Made by a program: the position numbers and the translations under genes. From positions 2,048,894-2,112,893 of the forward strand of contig JAYQLI010000035.1 in assembly GCA_038143065.1 (NCBI GenBank): 64,000 nt of DNA. Reading direction: 5' to 3'. This DNA comes from Rhodospirillales bacterium. GTDB taxonomy: Bacteria; Pseudomonadota; Alphaproteobacteria; Bin95. Positions 1 through 10,602 of this stretch are shown here, one piece after another (within the stretch, counting starts at the first letter, position 1; each line of letters opens with the position of its first letter). The notes beneath the pieces were generated by a model that worked only from the letters and a program-made list of their open reading frames with translations, was not told the origin of the DNA and did no database searches.

Positions 1-33
1 AGTGATCTTATAAGATGCAAGCTCAAAACGGTT

Positions 34-50
34 TTGGCACATATCTTGCT
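34..50 (+). promoter_or_regulatory. sigma54 (RpoN) -24/-12 promoter of glnB-glnA
   Basis: TTGGCAC-ATATC-TTGCT matches TGGCAC-N5-TTGCW, about 50 nt upstream of glnB, the expected Ntr-regulated position. Confidence 0.85.
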
Positions 51-75
51 TTTCATTGTTCTGATCTCTTTTTAA

Positions 76-438
<363 letters not shown>

Positions 439-496
439 TTAATGCCGTCAGATAAAGACGGCCAATTCTTTAAATTTTGATGAAAGGAATAACGTT

Positions 497-1918
497 ATGA
501 GCCTTGGTTGTAAGACGCCGGCAGATTTAATTAAGGCGATGGCAGATAATGACATCCGCCATGTAGATTTTCGCTTCACTGACCCAAAAGGTAAGTGGCA
601 GCACACCACCCAGTATCATACAACCATCGATGAAGATCTTTTGACCGATGGCGTAATGTTTGATGGTTCTTCCATCGCTGGTTGGAAAGACATTAGCCAG
701 TCAGACATGATTCTCTCTCCAGACGTAACAACGGCCACTATGGACCCGTTTACGGCAGAGCCAACAATGATTGTTGTTTGCGATATTATTGAGCCTTCGA
801 CTGGTCAGGGCTACGAGCGTGACCCTAGGTCTATTGCTAAGCGCGCCGAGTCTTATCTTGCTGAGACAGGCATTGGCGACACCGTGTTCATGGGGCCTGA
901 AGCCGAATTCTTCATGTTTGACGATGTTCGTTTCACAACTGGAATGCATGGAGCCTCATACGCTGTAGACAGCCTTGAGCTACCAACAAACTCTGCAAGA
1001 GAGTATGAGGATGGTAATCCTGGTCACAGGCCCGGAGTTAAAGGTGGATACTTTCCTGTGGCACCAGTCGACCATGGAAACGATATCCGTGCTGAAATGG
1101 TGTCAATCATGGCGCAGATGGGGCTTGATGTAGAGAAGCATCATCATGAGGTTGCGCCTGCTCAGCATGAACTTGGTGTAAAATTTAATACACTCCTCGG
1201 ATCTGCTGATGGGATGCAGGTTTATAAGTACGTAGTGCACCAGGTTGCGCATTCCTATGGAAAGACAGCAACCTTCATGCCCAAGCCTGTTTCCGGTGAC
1301 AATGGGTCTGGGATGCACGTCCACCAGTCAATTTGGAAAGATGGCCAGCCAACCTTTGCAGGCACAGGATATGCTGATCTATCTGAAACTTGTTTGCACT
1401 ACATTGGGGGCATTATTAAGCATGCCAAAGCAATTAATGCTTTTACTAATCCTTCAACCAACAGCTACAAGCGTCTAATTCCAGGATTTGAGGCCCCAGT
1501 TCTTTTGGCGTACTCAAGCCGTAACCGCTCAGCTTCCTGTCGGATTCCTTATGTAACAAGTCCAAAGGCCAAAAGAGTTGAAGTTCGCTTCCCTGATCCA
1601 ACAGCGAATCCTTATCTTGCTTTCGCGGCAATGATGATGGCTGGCCTTGATGGGATTAAAAACAAGATTCATCCTGGCGATCCTATGGATAAAAATCTTT
1701 ATGACCTCCCACCAGAAGAACTTCAGGGTGTTCCAACTGTTTGTGGATCCTTGAGAGAAGCCTTGGATAGCTTGGCAGCCGATATGGATTTCTTGATGGC
1801 CGGCGACGTGTTTACTAAAGACATGTTAGAGGGCTACATGGAGCTCAAGTGGAATGACGTTTATGCGTTCGAGCACACACCACATCCAGTCGAATTCGAG
1901 ATGTATTATAGCGTTTAA
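497..1918 (+). CDS. glnA: Glutamine synthetase type I
   Basis: [37 protein letters not shown], adenylylation site NLYDLP. Confidence 0.98.
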   Translation: MSLGCKTPADLIKAMADNDIRHVDFRFTDPKGKWQHTTQYHTTIDEDLLTDGVMFDGSSIAGWKDISQSDMILSPDVTTATMDPFTAEPTMIVVCDIIEPSTGQGYERDPRSIAKRAESYLAETGIGDTVFMGPEAEFFMFDDVRFTTGMHGASYAVDSLELPTNSAREYEDGNPGHRPGVKGGYFPVAPVDHGNDIRAEMVSIMAQMGLDVEKHHHEVAPAQHELGVKFNTLLGSADGMQVYKYVVHQVAHSYGKTATFMPKPVSGDNGSGMHVHQSIWKDGQPTFAGTGYADLSETCLHYIGGIIKHAKAINAFTNPSTNSYKRLIPGFEAPVLLAYSSRNRSASCRIPYVTSPKAKRVEVRFPDPTANPYLAFAAMMMAGLDGIKNKIHPGDPMDKNLYDLPPEELQGVPTVCGSLREALDSLAADMDFLMAGDVFTKDMLEGYMELKWNDVYAFEHTPHPVEFEMYYSV

Positions 1919-1950
1919 GGCTTAAACCTGGCGCGAGCTGGGCTCTAATG

Positions 1951-1990
1951 AAGCGGCCGGTCTACCAACATAGATCGGCCGCTTTTTATT
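1951..1990 (+). terminator. Intrinsic terminator after glnA
   Basis: AAGCGGCCGGTCTA-ccaaca-TAGATCGGCCGCTT followed by T-rich tail, between convergent genes. Confidence 0.8.
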
Positions 1991-2733
1991 TAGATTAGCT
2001 CAATAGAAGCTTCTCCCTGCAGAATCGATTCTGCCTGAAAAGAATATTTTTCTTCTTCGGTATGTAAGGTTAAGCCAGATAAAATTCGAAGGGGTGCAGC
2101 ACCGCCTTTAACTCCGCGCACGATAATTCGTCGAGCGTCAGACCCCTTGTGCGGCCAAATCGGAAACACAGCCAGGCTCCCGATGCCTGCTTTCGTGGCA
2201 GCATTTAAAAGGTCCGAGAGTCGGTCTGCCCTATGTATGGCTGTTACACCGCCTCCAGACATAACTTGCTCAGAGGCTACTTTATACCAGTCCGCTAGAC
2301 GCGCTTTTCCCTCTACAGTTGCAATTCGCTTGATTTTATCTGGTGAAGTATCGTTGGACTCGGGCTTCAAATAAGGTGGATTAAATAGAACTTCGCTGAA
2401 GAAATTTGATCGCGGCTCCAAATCCAAAATATCAGATTGAATGATCTCAATCTGATCCTCCAAGCTATTGGTAATTACGTTTGAGTGCGCGAGGTCTGAT
2501 AATTCATGTTGAATTTCAACGGCAGTTATTCGACAGTCTTGCACTCTTAACGCAAGTGCTAGCGCGACAGCGCCAACGCCCGTTCCCAGCTCCAATGCGT
2601 TTTTGCCTGGTTTGAGTGGGATAGCCGCTGCCAGTAGAGCTGCATCAATTGCAACACGGTAACTGCGGACGGGTTGTTGCAAAACCAGTTTCTGGCCGAG
2701 CCAACTATCTTCCTTGGTATCAATTTTATTCAT
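1990..2733 (-). CDS. tRNA1(Val) A37 N6-methyltransferase-like (TrmN6/YfiC)
   Basis: YRVAIDAALLAA, SAM motif LELGTGVG, NPPY motif; divergent from ispB as is common in Alphaproteobacteria. Confidence 0.85.
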   Translation of the reverse strand: MNKIDTKEDSWLGQKLVLQQPVRSYRVAIDAALLAAAIPLKPGKNALELGTGVGAVALALALRVQDCRITAVEIQHELSDLAHSNVITNSLEDQIEIIQSDILDLEPRSNFFSEVLFNPPYLKPESNDTSPDKIKRIATVEGKARLADWYKVASEQVMSGGGVTAIHRADRLSDLLNAATKAGIGSLAVFPIWPHKGSDARRIIVRGVKGGAAPLRILSGLTLHTEEEKYSFQAESILQGEASIELI

Positions 2734-2868
2734 CGAGAAGTTCTATACATGATGGTCAGGCTTATTCACCATTCTCTGAGATTGCCTCTCCGATTGGATG
2801 TAGAAAAAAGTTATCTGAACCCATGGATTTGATTTCCCAAAATGGCATTTTGGTGGACAGCTTAATTT

Positions 2869-2896
2869 CTTGCAATTTTAAGGTTTAAGCCTATCT
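2869..2896 (+). promoter_or_regulatory. Putative RpoH/RpoD-type promoter of ispB
   Basis: CTTGCA-N15-CCTATCT resembles the alphaproteobacterial CTTGAA-N15/16-CCTATAT consensus. Confidence 0.4.
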
Positions 2897-2948
2897 ATAC
2901 AGTGGTCGAAACGCTTTATTCTAGGCATTTCCAATCGGAGCATTCCAA

Positions 2949-3950
2949 TTGCAAAACGGGCCTGAGCCCATAGACGCGCTTCAGCGCCTTCACGACCTCG
3001 TCGCCGATGATATGGCAGCGGTAAATCGAGAAATCGTAGCCCGAATGTCTAGTGAAGTCCCTTTAATCCCTAAACTAGCCGGCCACATAGTGGCGGCCGG
3101 TGGAAAGAGACTTCGCCCTCTCTTGACTTTAGCAGCCTCCAAAATGTGTGGGTATGAAGGACGCAGCCACATAGAGTTGGCGGCGTGTGTAGAGTTTATA
3201 CATACAGCTACGCTTTTGCATGATGATGTTGTAGATGAAAGTAAGATGAGGAGAGGGGGTGACTCTGCCAATGCCCTCTTTGGCAATGATGCCAGTGTTC
3301 TAGTTGGCGACTTCCTTTTTAGCCGGTCGTTTCAATTGATGGTTCAGATAGGTTCGCTGGAGGTTCTTAAAATCTTATCAAGTGCGTCTGCAACTATTGC
3401 TGAGGGAGAGGTGCTGCAGCTGTCGACCACGAATAATCCAGCTACGCCAGTCGACGAATATTATGAAGTTATTCGAGGTAAAACTGCGGCGTTATTTGCG
3501 GCAGCAGCAAGAGTTGGTCCTGTTCTCGCAGGGTGGCCAAACAGTGATGCTGAAGCGTTTGATTCTTATGGTATGAATCTTGGACTCGCATTTCAGATCG
3601 TAGATGATGTTCTGGACTACGATGCAGATCAGAAATCTCTAGGTAAGTCAGTTGGAGATGACTTCAAAGAGGGCAAAGCTACCTTACCGGTATTGTTAGC
3701 TTTTGCGAGAGGCGATGAAGAATCCAGAAAATTTTGGCGGCGTACAATCCAAGAGCAACAGCAAGAACCAGGTGATCTTGATAAAGCGATTGCTTATCTT
3801 AAAGCTAGCAAGTCGCTTGAAGACTCAGCCAAGGCAGCTCGTCATTTTGCCGAAGATGCTAAAGAAGCACTTTCTTCTGCTGGTGGTAACTTAGAATTTT
3901 CTAAAACTCTTTGTGACGTGGCAGATTTTTGCGTCGAGCGGGCCTTTTGA
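2949..3950 (+). CDS. ispB: Long-chain polyprenyl diphosphate synthase
   Basis: GGKRLRP, LLHDDVVD and QIVDDVLD aspartate-rich motifs, GKTA. Confidence 0.93.
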   Translation: MQNGPEPIDALQRLHDLVADDMAAVNREIVARMSSEVPLIPKLAGHIVAAGGKRLRPLLTLAASKMCGYEGRSHIELAACVEFIHTATLLHDDVVDESKMRRGGDSANALFGNDASVLVGDFLFSRSFQLMVQIGSLEVLKILSSASATIAEGEVLQLSTTNNPATPVDEYYEVIRGKTAALFAAAARVGPVLAGWPNSDAEAFDSYGMNLGLAFQIVDDVLDYDADQKSLGKSVGDDFKEGKATLPVLLAFARGDEESRKFWRRTIQEQQQEPGDLDKAIAYLKASKSLEDSAKAARHFAEDAKEALSSAGGNLEFSKTLCDVADFCVERAF

Positions 3951-4831
3951 TTGAAAAAAACAATCGGCTTTTGGCTACATTGGCAGGCCTCTCTGCAGCA
4001 GTAATTTGGGGTTTATGGTTTCCCATAACGCGAGCTGGAATTTCTGATAATATAATTACTCCTGCAGACATGGTTTTACTGCGAGGCGTTGTGGGGGCGA
4101 TTGTGTTCGCTCCTTTGGTTTACCGTTTTGGAATGAAGGCAGGTAACGTTGGTTGGGCCGGTACGATAGCCATATTGCTCAGTATGTCAGGGCCGTTTGC
4201 CTATGCCATAGGAATGGGCGCTAAGTTTGCTCCCGCCTCACACGCAGCAATTTTTACTCCGGGCATGTATCCTGCCCTAGTCTTTCTCCTCGCCCTGCTA
4301 GTACTTCGGGATCCTGTTACGACAAGGCGTTGGATTGGTTTTACCTCTATATTACTTGGTGCGGCTTTGGCAGCCTGGTCTGCGTTTGAGATTGCTGGGC
4401 CTGGAAGCTTGTCAGGATATATTTGGTTTCATGCATGCGCGGGGTTTTGGGCTATCTATACTCTGATAGTACGAGTTTCTAATTTGGCTCCTGGACATGC
4501 TTTAGGAATTACGCACGCAGGTACCGCTTTGGTTTATATCCCTATCTGGATAGTAATAGGAGACACTGGTTTATTTGATCTGAGCTTTAAACAACTAATC
4601 TTTCAGGTCGGCTACCACGGCGTATTGAACGGTGTAGTTGCAATGTTTTTTTATAATTTTGCCGTCCAGCGGCTTGGAGCTGCCGAAGGAGCTGTTTTTG
4701 CAGCATTAGTTCCGTCAATCGCGGCATTTAGTGCGTGGGCTCTTTTAGGGGAGCAGATTAGTTTCAAGGAAGGGGCTGCTCTGCTGGTTGTTTCGATCGG
4801 AGTAGTTCTTATTTCAGGAGCACGGCGCTAG
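3929..4831 (+). CDS. DMT/EamA family transporter
   Basis: About 10 hydrophobic segments, IWG start motif, two EamA-like halves ending LLGE; true start probably near 3947-3950. Confidence 0.85.
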   Translation: MRRAGLLIEKNNRLLATLAGLSAAVIWGLWFPITRAGISDNIITPADMVLLRGVVGAIVFAPLVYRFGMKAGNVGWAGTIAILLSMSGPFAYAIGMGAKFAPASHAAIFTPGMYPALVFLLALLVLRDPVTTRRWIGFTSILLGAALAAWSAFEIAGPGSLSGYIWFHACAGFWAIYTLIVRVSNLAPGHALGITHAGTALVYIPIWIVIGDTGLFDLSFKQLIFQVGYHGVLNGVVAMFFYNFAVQRLGAAEGAVFAALVPSIAAFSAWALLGEQISFKEGAALLVVSIGVVLISGARR

Positions 4832-4940
4832 AGGCTTACTAGTAGAAAAATTGATCTACAAAGTTGCTAGATTCCAATAAGGCTCAAAGCTAATTGGCCA
4901 CCATCAACCTGTTTACATTCATGTTTTTGGCTATTTGGTC

Positions 4941-6257
4941 TTACAATTTTGGTAAAACACCGACGTAGTGGTCTATAGCGTCGGCAAAAGCTTCCGTTAA
5001 GCCGTCAAATTCTTTTTCTGTCATAGGTAGCGACAGCACTATCATGTTGCGCCGTGCGATATAATATCCCCTTTCCAGTAAGGCCAGATGAAGCAATGCC
5101 CGTAGCGAACTGTGTACTTTGTCTGCGTCTTTTGGGCCTTCCAGCAGTTCAGGTGTTAAGTGAACCATCATCATTGAACCAGTTCCGGTAACTTGTCCTG
5201 CTACACCAGCTTTCCTCAATACCTCATTAAGGCGTTCCCGCAATTTATCACCATCGGCATTCAGTCTGACTGCTTGATCAGGAGTATAAACTTTTGTGAG
5301 CCCCGCAATGGCGGCGGAGAGGCTGAGAACGTTGTTATTAAAAGTTCCTGCATGGGCAAAAGCGTCCTCGCGACGTGGGTCAAATCGTTCCATCGCCTTC
5401 GTGCTACCACCAAAAGCACCAAAAGTAAGGCCGCCACCTAGATACTTTCCAAAAGTTACCAAGTCTGGCTTTACATTCCATTTTCCATGTAGCCCACTAG
5501 GAGACAGTCGCGAGGTCATCACTTCGTCGAAAATTAAGAAAGCTCCAACCTTTTGCGTTTCTTCACGAAGCATTTTGATGAAATTGGGGTGTGCTTGGAT
5601 GCAGCCACCACTGCCTGTCATTGGCTCCACAATGATTGCGGCCAACTCTTCTCCTAATTCTTGGATTTTTGTTCTTGTGCCTTCGACATCATTGTAAGTG
5701 CAGAAATTCCAGGAAAATGGCACGTTCATTTGATTTCCGTAGCTACCGAAACTTATTACGCTGCCATGATATGAGCCTTCGAAACCAATTAGGTGCTTGC
5801 GGCCTGTGCTGGCTCTAGCTGTTGAAAGAGCAAGCAAGTTTGCTTCAGTCCCAGAATTCGTGAAGCGGACAAGATCAACAGCTGGAAAGCGATTCTGAAA
5901 AATCTTCGCCAATACGGCCTCACGCTCTGTGGGGCCTCCTAGTGTTATACCACCCTCCATTGCGGATCGGATTGCATCAAGAATGTGTTGCTCACTATGG
6001 CCATAAATGCCAGCTGTTTGTTCTACTTGAAAATCTACATATTCATGGCCGTCGATATCATGTAATCGACAGCCCTCTCCTTTCGAAAGGGTGAGTGGGA
6101 AGGGGGGATAGAAAAGTACAGTCCTTGTGTTACCTCCTGGCATACTTTTACAAGCTTCAGTGAACGCCAATTGACTTTTGGGGTTGGCATCAGCAAATCG
6201 ACCTTCAGCCTCTGAAAGGGCAGCCGCCAGATCGTAGTTCTGTCGTGAATCGGCCAT
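4941..6257 (-). CDS. Class III PLP aminotransferase, beta-amino-acid transaminase-like (GSA-aminomutase paralogue)
   Basis: MPGGNTRTVLFY, RFTNSGTEAN, FDEVMTSRL, TFGKYLGGG, HAGTFNNN. Confidence 0.85.
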   Translation of the reverse strand: MADSRQNYDLAAALSEAEGRFADANPKSQLAFTEACKSMPGGNTRTVLFYPPFPLTLSKGEGCRLHDIDGHEYVDFQVEQTAGIYGHSEQHILDAIRSAMEGGITLGGPTEREAVLAKIFQNRFPAVDLVRFTNSGTEANLLALSTARASTGRKHLIGFEGSYHGSVISFGSYGNQMNVPFSWNFCTYNDVEGTRTKIQELGEELAAIIVEPMTGSGGCIQAHPNFIKMLREETQKVGAFLIFDEVMTSRLSPSGLHGKWNVKPDLVTFGKYLGGGLTFGAFGGSTKAMERFDPRREDAFAHAGTFNNNVLSLSAAIAGLTKVYTPDQAVRLNADGDKLRERLNEVLRKAGVAGQVTGTGSMMMVHLTPELLEGPKDADKVHSSLRALLHLALLERGYYIARRNMIVLSLPMTEKEFDGLTEAFADAIDHYVGVLPKL

Positions 6258-6522
6258 CGTGTTTCTCTCCTAGGGTCGTTTTAATTGTTTATCAGCGATT
6301 GAGGCCTCAGTGTGTCGAGGAAACAGTATTGAGCGATATACTCAAAAAGCCAAACAGCGAACTTATTAGACAGCTATCAATTTTAATAGGTAGCTTTATG
6401 GCGTGAGAACGATATTCTTGAGATTCATTAAGCGCGTTTAAAAGCGCGCACCATTTAGTTTGCGGCGGCCTCAAAGAGTCCTCGTGATTATTAATTATAA
6501 GCAGGAACCAAGGAGCAGGCCG

Positions 6523-7539
6523 ATGGCCAGCATCGAGCGCGCAAATGGTAACGAATATGAAGGTGATGATGCCACGGGCAGAGAGCCTGTTCAGTCAGAA
6601 CTCCGTCCGCGCCAAGATAAGTTAGACTTTGACCTAGCGGCAGTTTGCAGAGCTGTCTTTACATTACATGCCAAAATTCCTTCAGACGCATTTACTGCTG
6701 AGACTTTAGGAGTTCAGCGAGAAGGTAATGCGATCCTGATACGAGATGATGGTGTGGCACTTACAATTGGATATCTCGTTACCGAAGCTACTACGGTTTC
6801 TCTTATCGATAGTGTGGGTGAAGCAAAGGCGGCTGAAGTGATTGGTTATGATCAGGCAACTGGTTTTGGTCTCGTTCGACTACGGGAACCCGTTGATGCT
6901 AAGCCAATCCCTCTAGGAATAGCATCTGAAATTCGCACAGGGGCAGATGTCACTGTAGTGGCTGGCGGAGGCCCTAATTATGCGATGGCCGCTAGACTGC
7001 TTTCAAAACGTGAGTTCGCTGGCTATTGGGAATACTTATTAGATGAAGCATTTTTTACAGCTCCATTGCATCCACATTGGTCTGGAGCGGCACTGCTTTC
7101 ATCAGCAGGTAAATTGGTAGGTCTGGGTTCCCTCTATGTACAAGACGTGCTGCCAGCAGAAAACTCTCCAGCAGGTAATATGTTTGTTCCGACGGATCAG
7201 TTGGCAGCAATAATTGATAACCTAGTAGAAAAAGGGAATACGGGTCGGCCGGCTCGCCCTTGGCTTGGAATGTTTGTAACAGAGGCAGATGGAGCCTTGG
7301 TAATAGCGGGAATGGTCGATAGTGGGCCAGCCGCCCGTTCTAATCTACGGCTAGGGGACAACATCCTCGGCGTGGAAGGTAGTGATGTTAGTGATCTCTC
7401 TGAATTTTATCGGGCAATTTGGGAGCGTGGCCCAGCAGGGGTTAGCATACGCCTAAATGTACTAAGAGATGGCCGCCTTCGCGACATTTCAGTACGTACG
7501 GCCGATCGGAATAGCTATTTGAAGAATATGCCTGGCTAA
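6523..7539 (+). CDS. S1C/HtrA-like trypsin-fold protein with C-terminal PDZ domain and degenerate catalytic triad
   Basis: LTIGYLV (His site), GYDQATGFG, HWSGAAL, RPWLG PDZ start; ATG 6523 has an AAGGAG RBS. Confidence 0.8.
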   Translation: MASIERANGNEYEGDDATGREPVQSELRPRQDKLDFDLAAVCRAVFTLHAKIPSDAFTAETLGVQREGNAILIRDDGVALTIGYLVTEATTVSLIDSVGEAKAAEVIGYDQATGFGLVRLREPVDAKPIPLGIASEIRTGADVTVVAGGGPNYAMAARLLSKREFAGYWEYLLDEAFFTAPLHPHWSGAALLSSAGKLVGLGSLYVQDVLPAENSPAGNMFVPTDQLAAIIDNLVEKGNTGRPARPWLGMFVTEADGALVIAGMVDSGPAARSNLRLGDNILGVEGSDVSDLSEFYRAIWERGPAGVSIRLNVLRDGRLRDISVRTADRNSYLKNMPG

Positions 7540-7580
7540 CAAAAGGTAGCGCTTTCTTGGAAATAAAAGGAGAAGTTTAG

Positions 7581-7907
7581 ATGTCTGCATTTTATGAACT
7601 CCGTCAGTACAAGGTGCTGCCTGGAAAGATGGATGAGTGGGTTAAAATAATGGAAGAGGAAATTATTCCCTTTCAGGTTTCAAAGGGTATGGTGATTTGT
7701 GGGAGCTTCCGTGGTGAGGAAGACGACTCATGCTACATTTGGTTGCGACGCTTTGAGAGCGAGGCTCAGCGTGAAGCGCTTTACAAGGCTGTCTATGAAA
7801 CTGATTTCTGGAAGAATGAAATGGGTCCTCGTGTGCCAGACTATCTGGATAGATCCCAAGCAGTTATAACCAGGATTGTGCCAACGGAAAAATCAACAGT
7901 TAGGTAA
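7581..7907 (+). CDS. NIPSNAP family protein
   Basis: FYELRQYKVLPGKM, YIWLRRFESEAQRE; AAGGAG RBS. Confidence 0.85.
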   Translation: MSAFYELRQYKVLPGKMDEWVKIMEEEIIPFQVSKGMVICGSFRGEEDDSCYIWLRRFESEAQREALYKAVYETDFWKNEMGPRVPDYLDRSQAVITRIVPTEKSTVR

Positions 7908-9309
7908 GGGCAGTTGCTGCCCATGCAATTGCGAGAACCACTGCCGCGAAAGGTGTGAGGAGGCGCAATATTTCTGCCTCCTTACCTATCAAGCCTAAAG
8001 CGGTCGCAACTAACGCGATCCGCATAGGGGAAAGCATGGTGTAGGCGCTTGCTACAACGTTTTGTATAGCGACAGTATGAATTGGGTTTTCGCCAGTGGC
8101 CGCTCCTAAAGCTGCCTGGAATTCTGCCAACATGCCATGGGCAGCAGCGTTTGAGCCGGTTAGCCATCCTGCCAGTGCAGCAAAGATAGGTCCAAAATAT
8201 ACAGATTGGGACCCTGAAACTTCTCCCAGCAATAGCACTGCTTCTTTTTGTGCCCCAAGTGCAGATATTCCCTGCCCAAGCACAACGAAGCCGATAGTCA
8301 CGGCGACTGGAACATAAGCAGCGCGAATGGCCCTGCCGGAGGTTTTAAGTGTTTCGAAAATTGGAACGCTTTTCCAGTAAGCATATCCAAGTCCAAATAC
8401 AATTAGCCAGAATGATGGATGAGCAAACGGTGCAAAGGCAGGTAAATCCTCAGTAAACTCAATTATCCAGAGGTTACGAAGTAAGTCGGTAATTCCTGGA
8501 AAAACCCGAATTGCAACAATAAAAAGGGCGAACGCACCAAACACGCCTGCATCTAGTGGCACTCGGCCTTTGAGACGGTCATACGCTCCAGTAAATGCAA
8601 AGAGCGTCCCGGCCGCAAGAATTCCAGCAATATCGACAAAACCGGCAGCATTTGCGGCCCAGAGGATTCCAAGTAGCGCAGCTACGTTTCCGGCTTCACG
8701 AAGCATAGCCGTAAAAGACCTCGGGCCTGGAGCCCAAAGCCAAAACAAAGCGAGGGCAGCGATCAGGACTGGAGCTGATAAAAAAGTACTTTCAACGCCA
8801 AGCATGCTGAGAGAAGTGCCAGTCAGCTCAGCTGCGATAGTTGTCCCAATGGCTAGAGCTCCCCAGGGCACTAAGGAAAGAGAGAGCAAAGCAAGGGCAG
8901 CAAGGCGGACACTTGTAATTCCTCGTGCGCTCAAAACTGATACTGCAGCAACAGCGCCAAGACCAAAGCCGCTTGCGCTTTCTACAAATACACCTAGAAG
9001 GAAAATGGCCGTGAAGGACTGTTTTCGTTGATCTGAAGCACTTGCAGAGGGTTTAAAGGCGTCTGGATTTGCTCTCAGCGCCAGCCGCTGAAAAATCAAA
9101 CCAGTGAGGATAATAGATACGGCAAGCCAAGCTATCCAAAGACCGCGCCCTAATATGAAAAGTACATCGGCATCATCAATATTTCTCCATGTGAGAAGGA
9201 GTGCCGTTGCTGCCCCAATCAACCCTGCGTTCTCTATACTAGCACGACGAGAGGCGATCAGTATCAGTGCTAAAGCTAAAGGGCTTATTGAGATCAGTAG
9301 ATTATCCAT
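7900..9309 (-). CDS. L-lactate permease family transporter
   Basis: Highly hydrophobic; FVESASGFG, VPWGALAIG, WLTGSN motifs. Confidence 0.75.
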   Translation of the reverse strand: MDNLLISISPLALALILIASRRASIENAGLIGAATALLLTWRNIDDADVLFILGRGLWIAWLAVSIILTGLIFQRLALRANPDAFKPSASASDQRKQSFTAIFLLGVFVESASGFGLGAVAAVSVLSARGITSVRLAALALLSLSLVPWGALAIGTTIAAELTGTSLSMLGVESTFLSAPVLIAALALFWLWAPGPRSFTAMLREAGNVAALLGILWAANAAGFVDIAGILAAGTLFAFTGAYDRLKGRVPLDAGVFGAFALFIVAIRVFPGITDLLRNLWIIEFTEDLPAFAPFAHPSFWLIVFGLGYAYWKSVPIFETLKTSGRAIRAAYVPVAVTIGFVVLGQGISALGAQKEAVLLLGEVSGSQSVYFGPIFAALAGWLTGSNAAAHGMLAEFQAALGAATGENPIHTVAIQNVVASAYTMLSPMRIALVATALGLIGKEAEILRLLTPFAAVVLAIAWAATALT

Positions 9310-9342
9310 TGGTTGGGGAAGACCTGCTAATCCCAGCTAGGT

Positions 9343-10602
9343 TTAAGCCACCATGCGCTGAGTTAGTTCCTCTACTGAAGGCGAATTTTCCACGGGGCCA
9401 ACTAGAGACAAAGTCGCTGCACCGCTTAAAGCCTTGGCTGCAAGATTTGCAATAGATAAGCGCTCGACATCATCAACTTTGGCACGGACTTCTTCCGGAG
9501 TTACAGGTCGTCCGTGAATAATGAGTTGTTGTGCAAGCTGTTCCGCCCGTGTGGAAGTAGACTCCCTGGACATTAAAATGCTTGCGCGGAGTTGGGCTTT
9601 TGCTCGACTGGTCTCAGCCTCGGTGGGGCCATCCGCAACAGACTTCAATTCATCTATGGCTAGAGTTAGGGCCTGCCCTGCCTGCGAACCATCTGTGCCG
9701 GCGTATATCCCAAACATACCAGTGTCAGTCATCGATGACATAAAAGAATAAATGGAGTAGCAAAGACCTCGTTTTTCACGGATTTCCTGAAAAAGCCGGG
9801 AAGACATACCACCTCCGTACAGTGCTGACAGAACGTGACCCACGTAGTAGTCTGGCGCACCAAAATTTGGACCTGGGAGGCCAAAAAATAAATGAGCCTG
9901 TTCGGAGGGTTTGATAATTCTCTGCTCCCCTCCATTGTATACGGCAGGTTCCGTTTTAGGCACCTCGGAGGGCTGCAAGTCACCAAAGAGTTTTTCCGCC
10001 AACGCTACTAACTTTTCGTGATCTACCGCTCCAGCAGCTGAAACCACCATCTTATTTGGCTTATATCGGGCTGCCATGTAGTCAACGATCGCAGTGCGCG
10101 GAATTGTTCTAATAATATCTGGCGATCCCAATATGGGCCGTCCAACTGGTTGCGATGGATAAGCGGCAGCTTGGAACGCGTCATGGGCTACGTCTTCAGG
10201 AGTGTCAGCTGCCTGACCAATCTCTTGCAAGATCACGTCACGCTCGCGATCAAGCTCTGCAACGTCAAAAGTAGAGTTACGAAGGATATCAGCTAAGATA
10301 TCAAGCGCTAGGCTTACATCTTCCCTTAAAACACGGGCGTAATAGGCTGTAACTTCCCGGCTGGTGTACGCATTTAGGTGGCCACCTACATCTTCAATTT
10401 CACCCGCAATGTCTACAGCACTTCGGCGTTTGGTACCCTTAAATGCCATGTGTTCTAGCAAATGTGCCACACCATTGGTTGACGCAGATTCGGCTCTAGC
10501 TCCCGTCCCGCCCCAGCCACCTAATGCTGTACTCTCTACTCCATTTATCTGATCACTGGCGACGGTGAGACCATTAGAAAGTCGCGTTACATCTACCGTC
10601 AT
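9343..10602 (-). CDS. M16 (pitrilysin/MPP-like) zinc peptidase
   Basis: HLLEHMAFKGT (HxxEH), LNAYTSRE, GGGMSSRLFQEIREKRGLCY. Confidence 0.93.
   Translation of the reverse strand: MTVDVTRLSNGLTVASDQINGVESTALGGWGGTGARAESASTNGVAHLLEHMAFKGTKRRSAVDIAGEIEDVGGHLNAYTSREVTAYYARVLREDVSLALDILADILRNSTFDVAELDRERDVILQEIGQAADTPEDVAHDAFQAAAYPSQPVGRPILGSPDIIRTIPRTAIVDYMAARYKPNKMVVSAAGAVDHEKLVALAEKLFGDLQPSEVPKTEPAVYNGGEQRIIKPSEQAHLFFGLPGPNFGAPDYYVGHVLSALYGGGMSSRLFQEIREKRGLCYSIYSFMSSMTDTGMFGIYAGTDGSQAGQALTLAIDELKSVADGPTEAETSRAKAQLRASILMSRESTSTRAEQLAQQLIIHGRPVTPEEVRAKVDDVERLSIANLAAKALSGAATLSLVGPVENSPSVEELTQRMVA

Noticed and set aside
10490-10530. Unusual residues in conserved motifs (M16 GGWGG for the usual GVWV; HAD SYNP for SYKP)
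   Set aside because: Each is a single-base change in a window with several apparent consensus errors and cannot be interpreted without reads.
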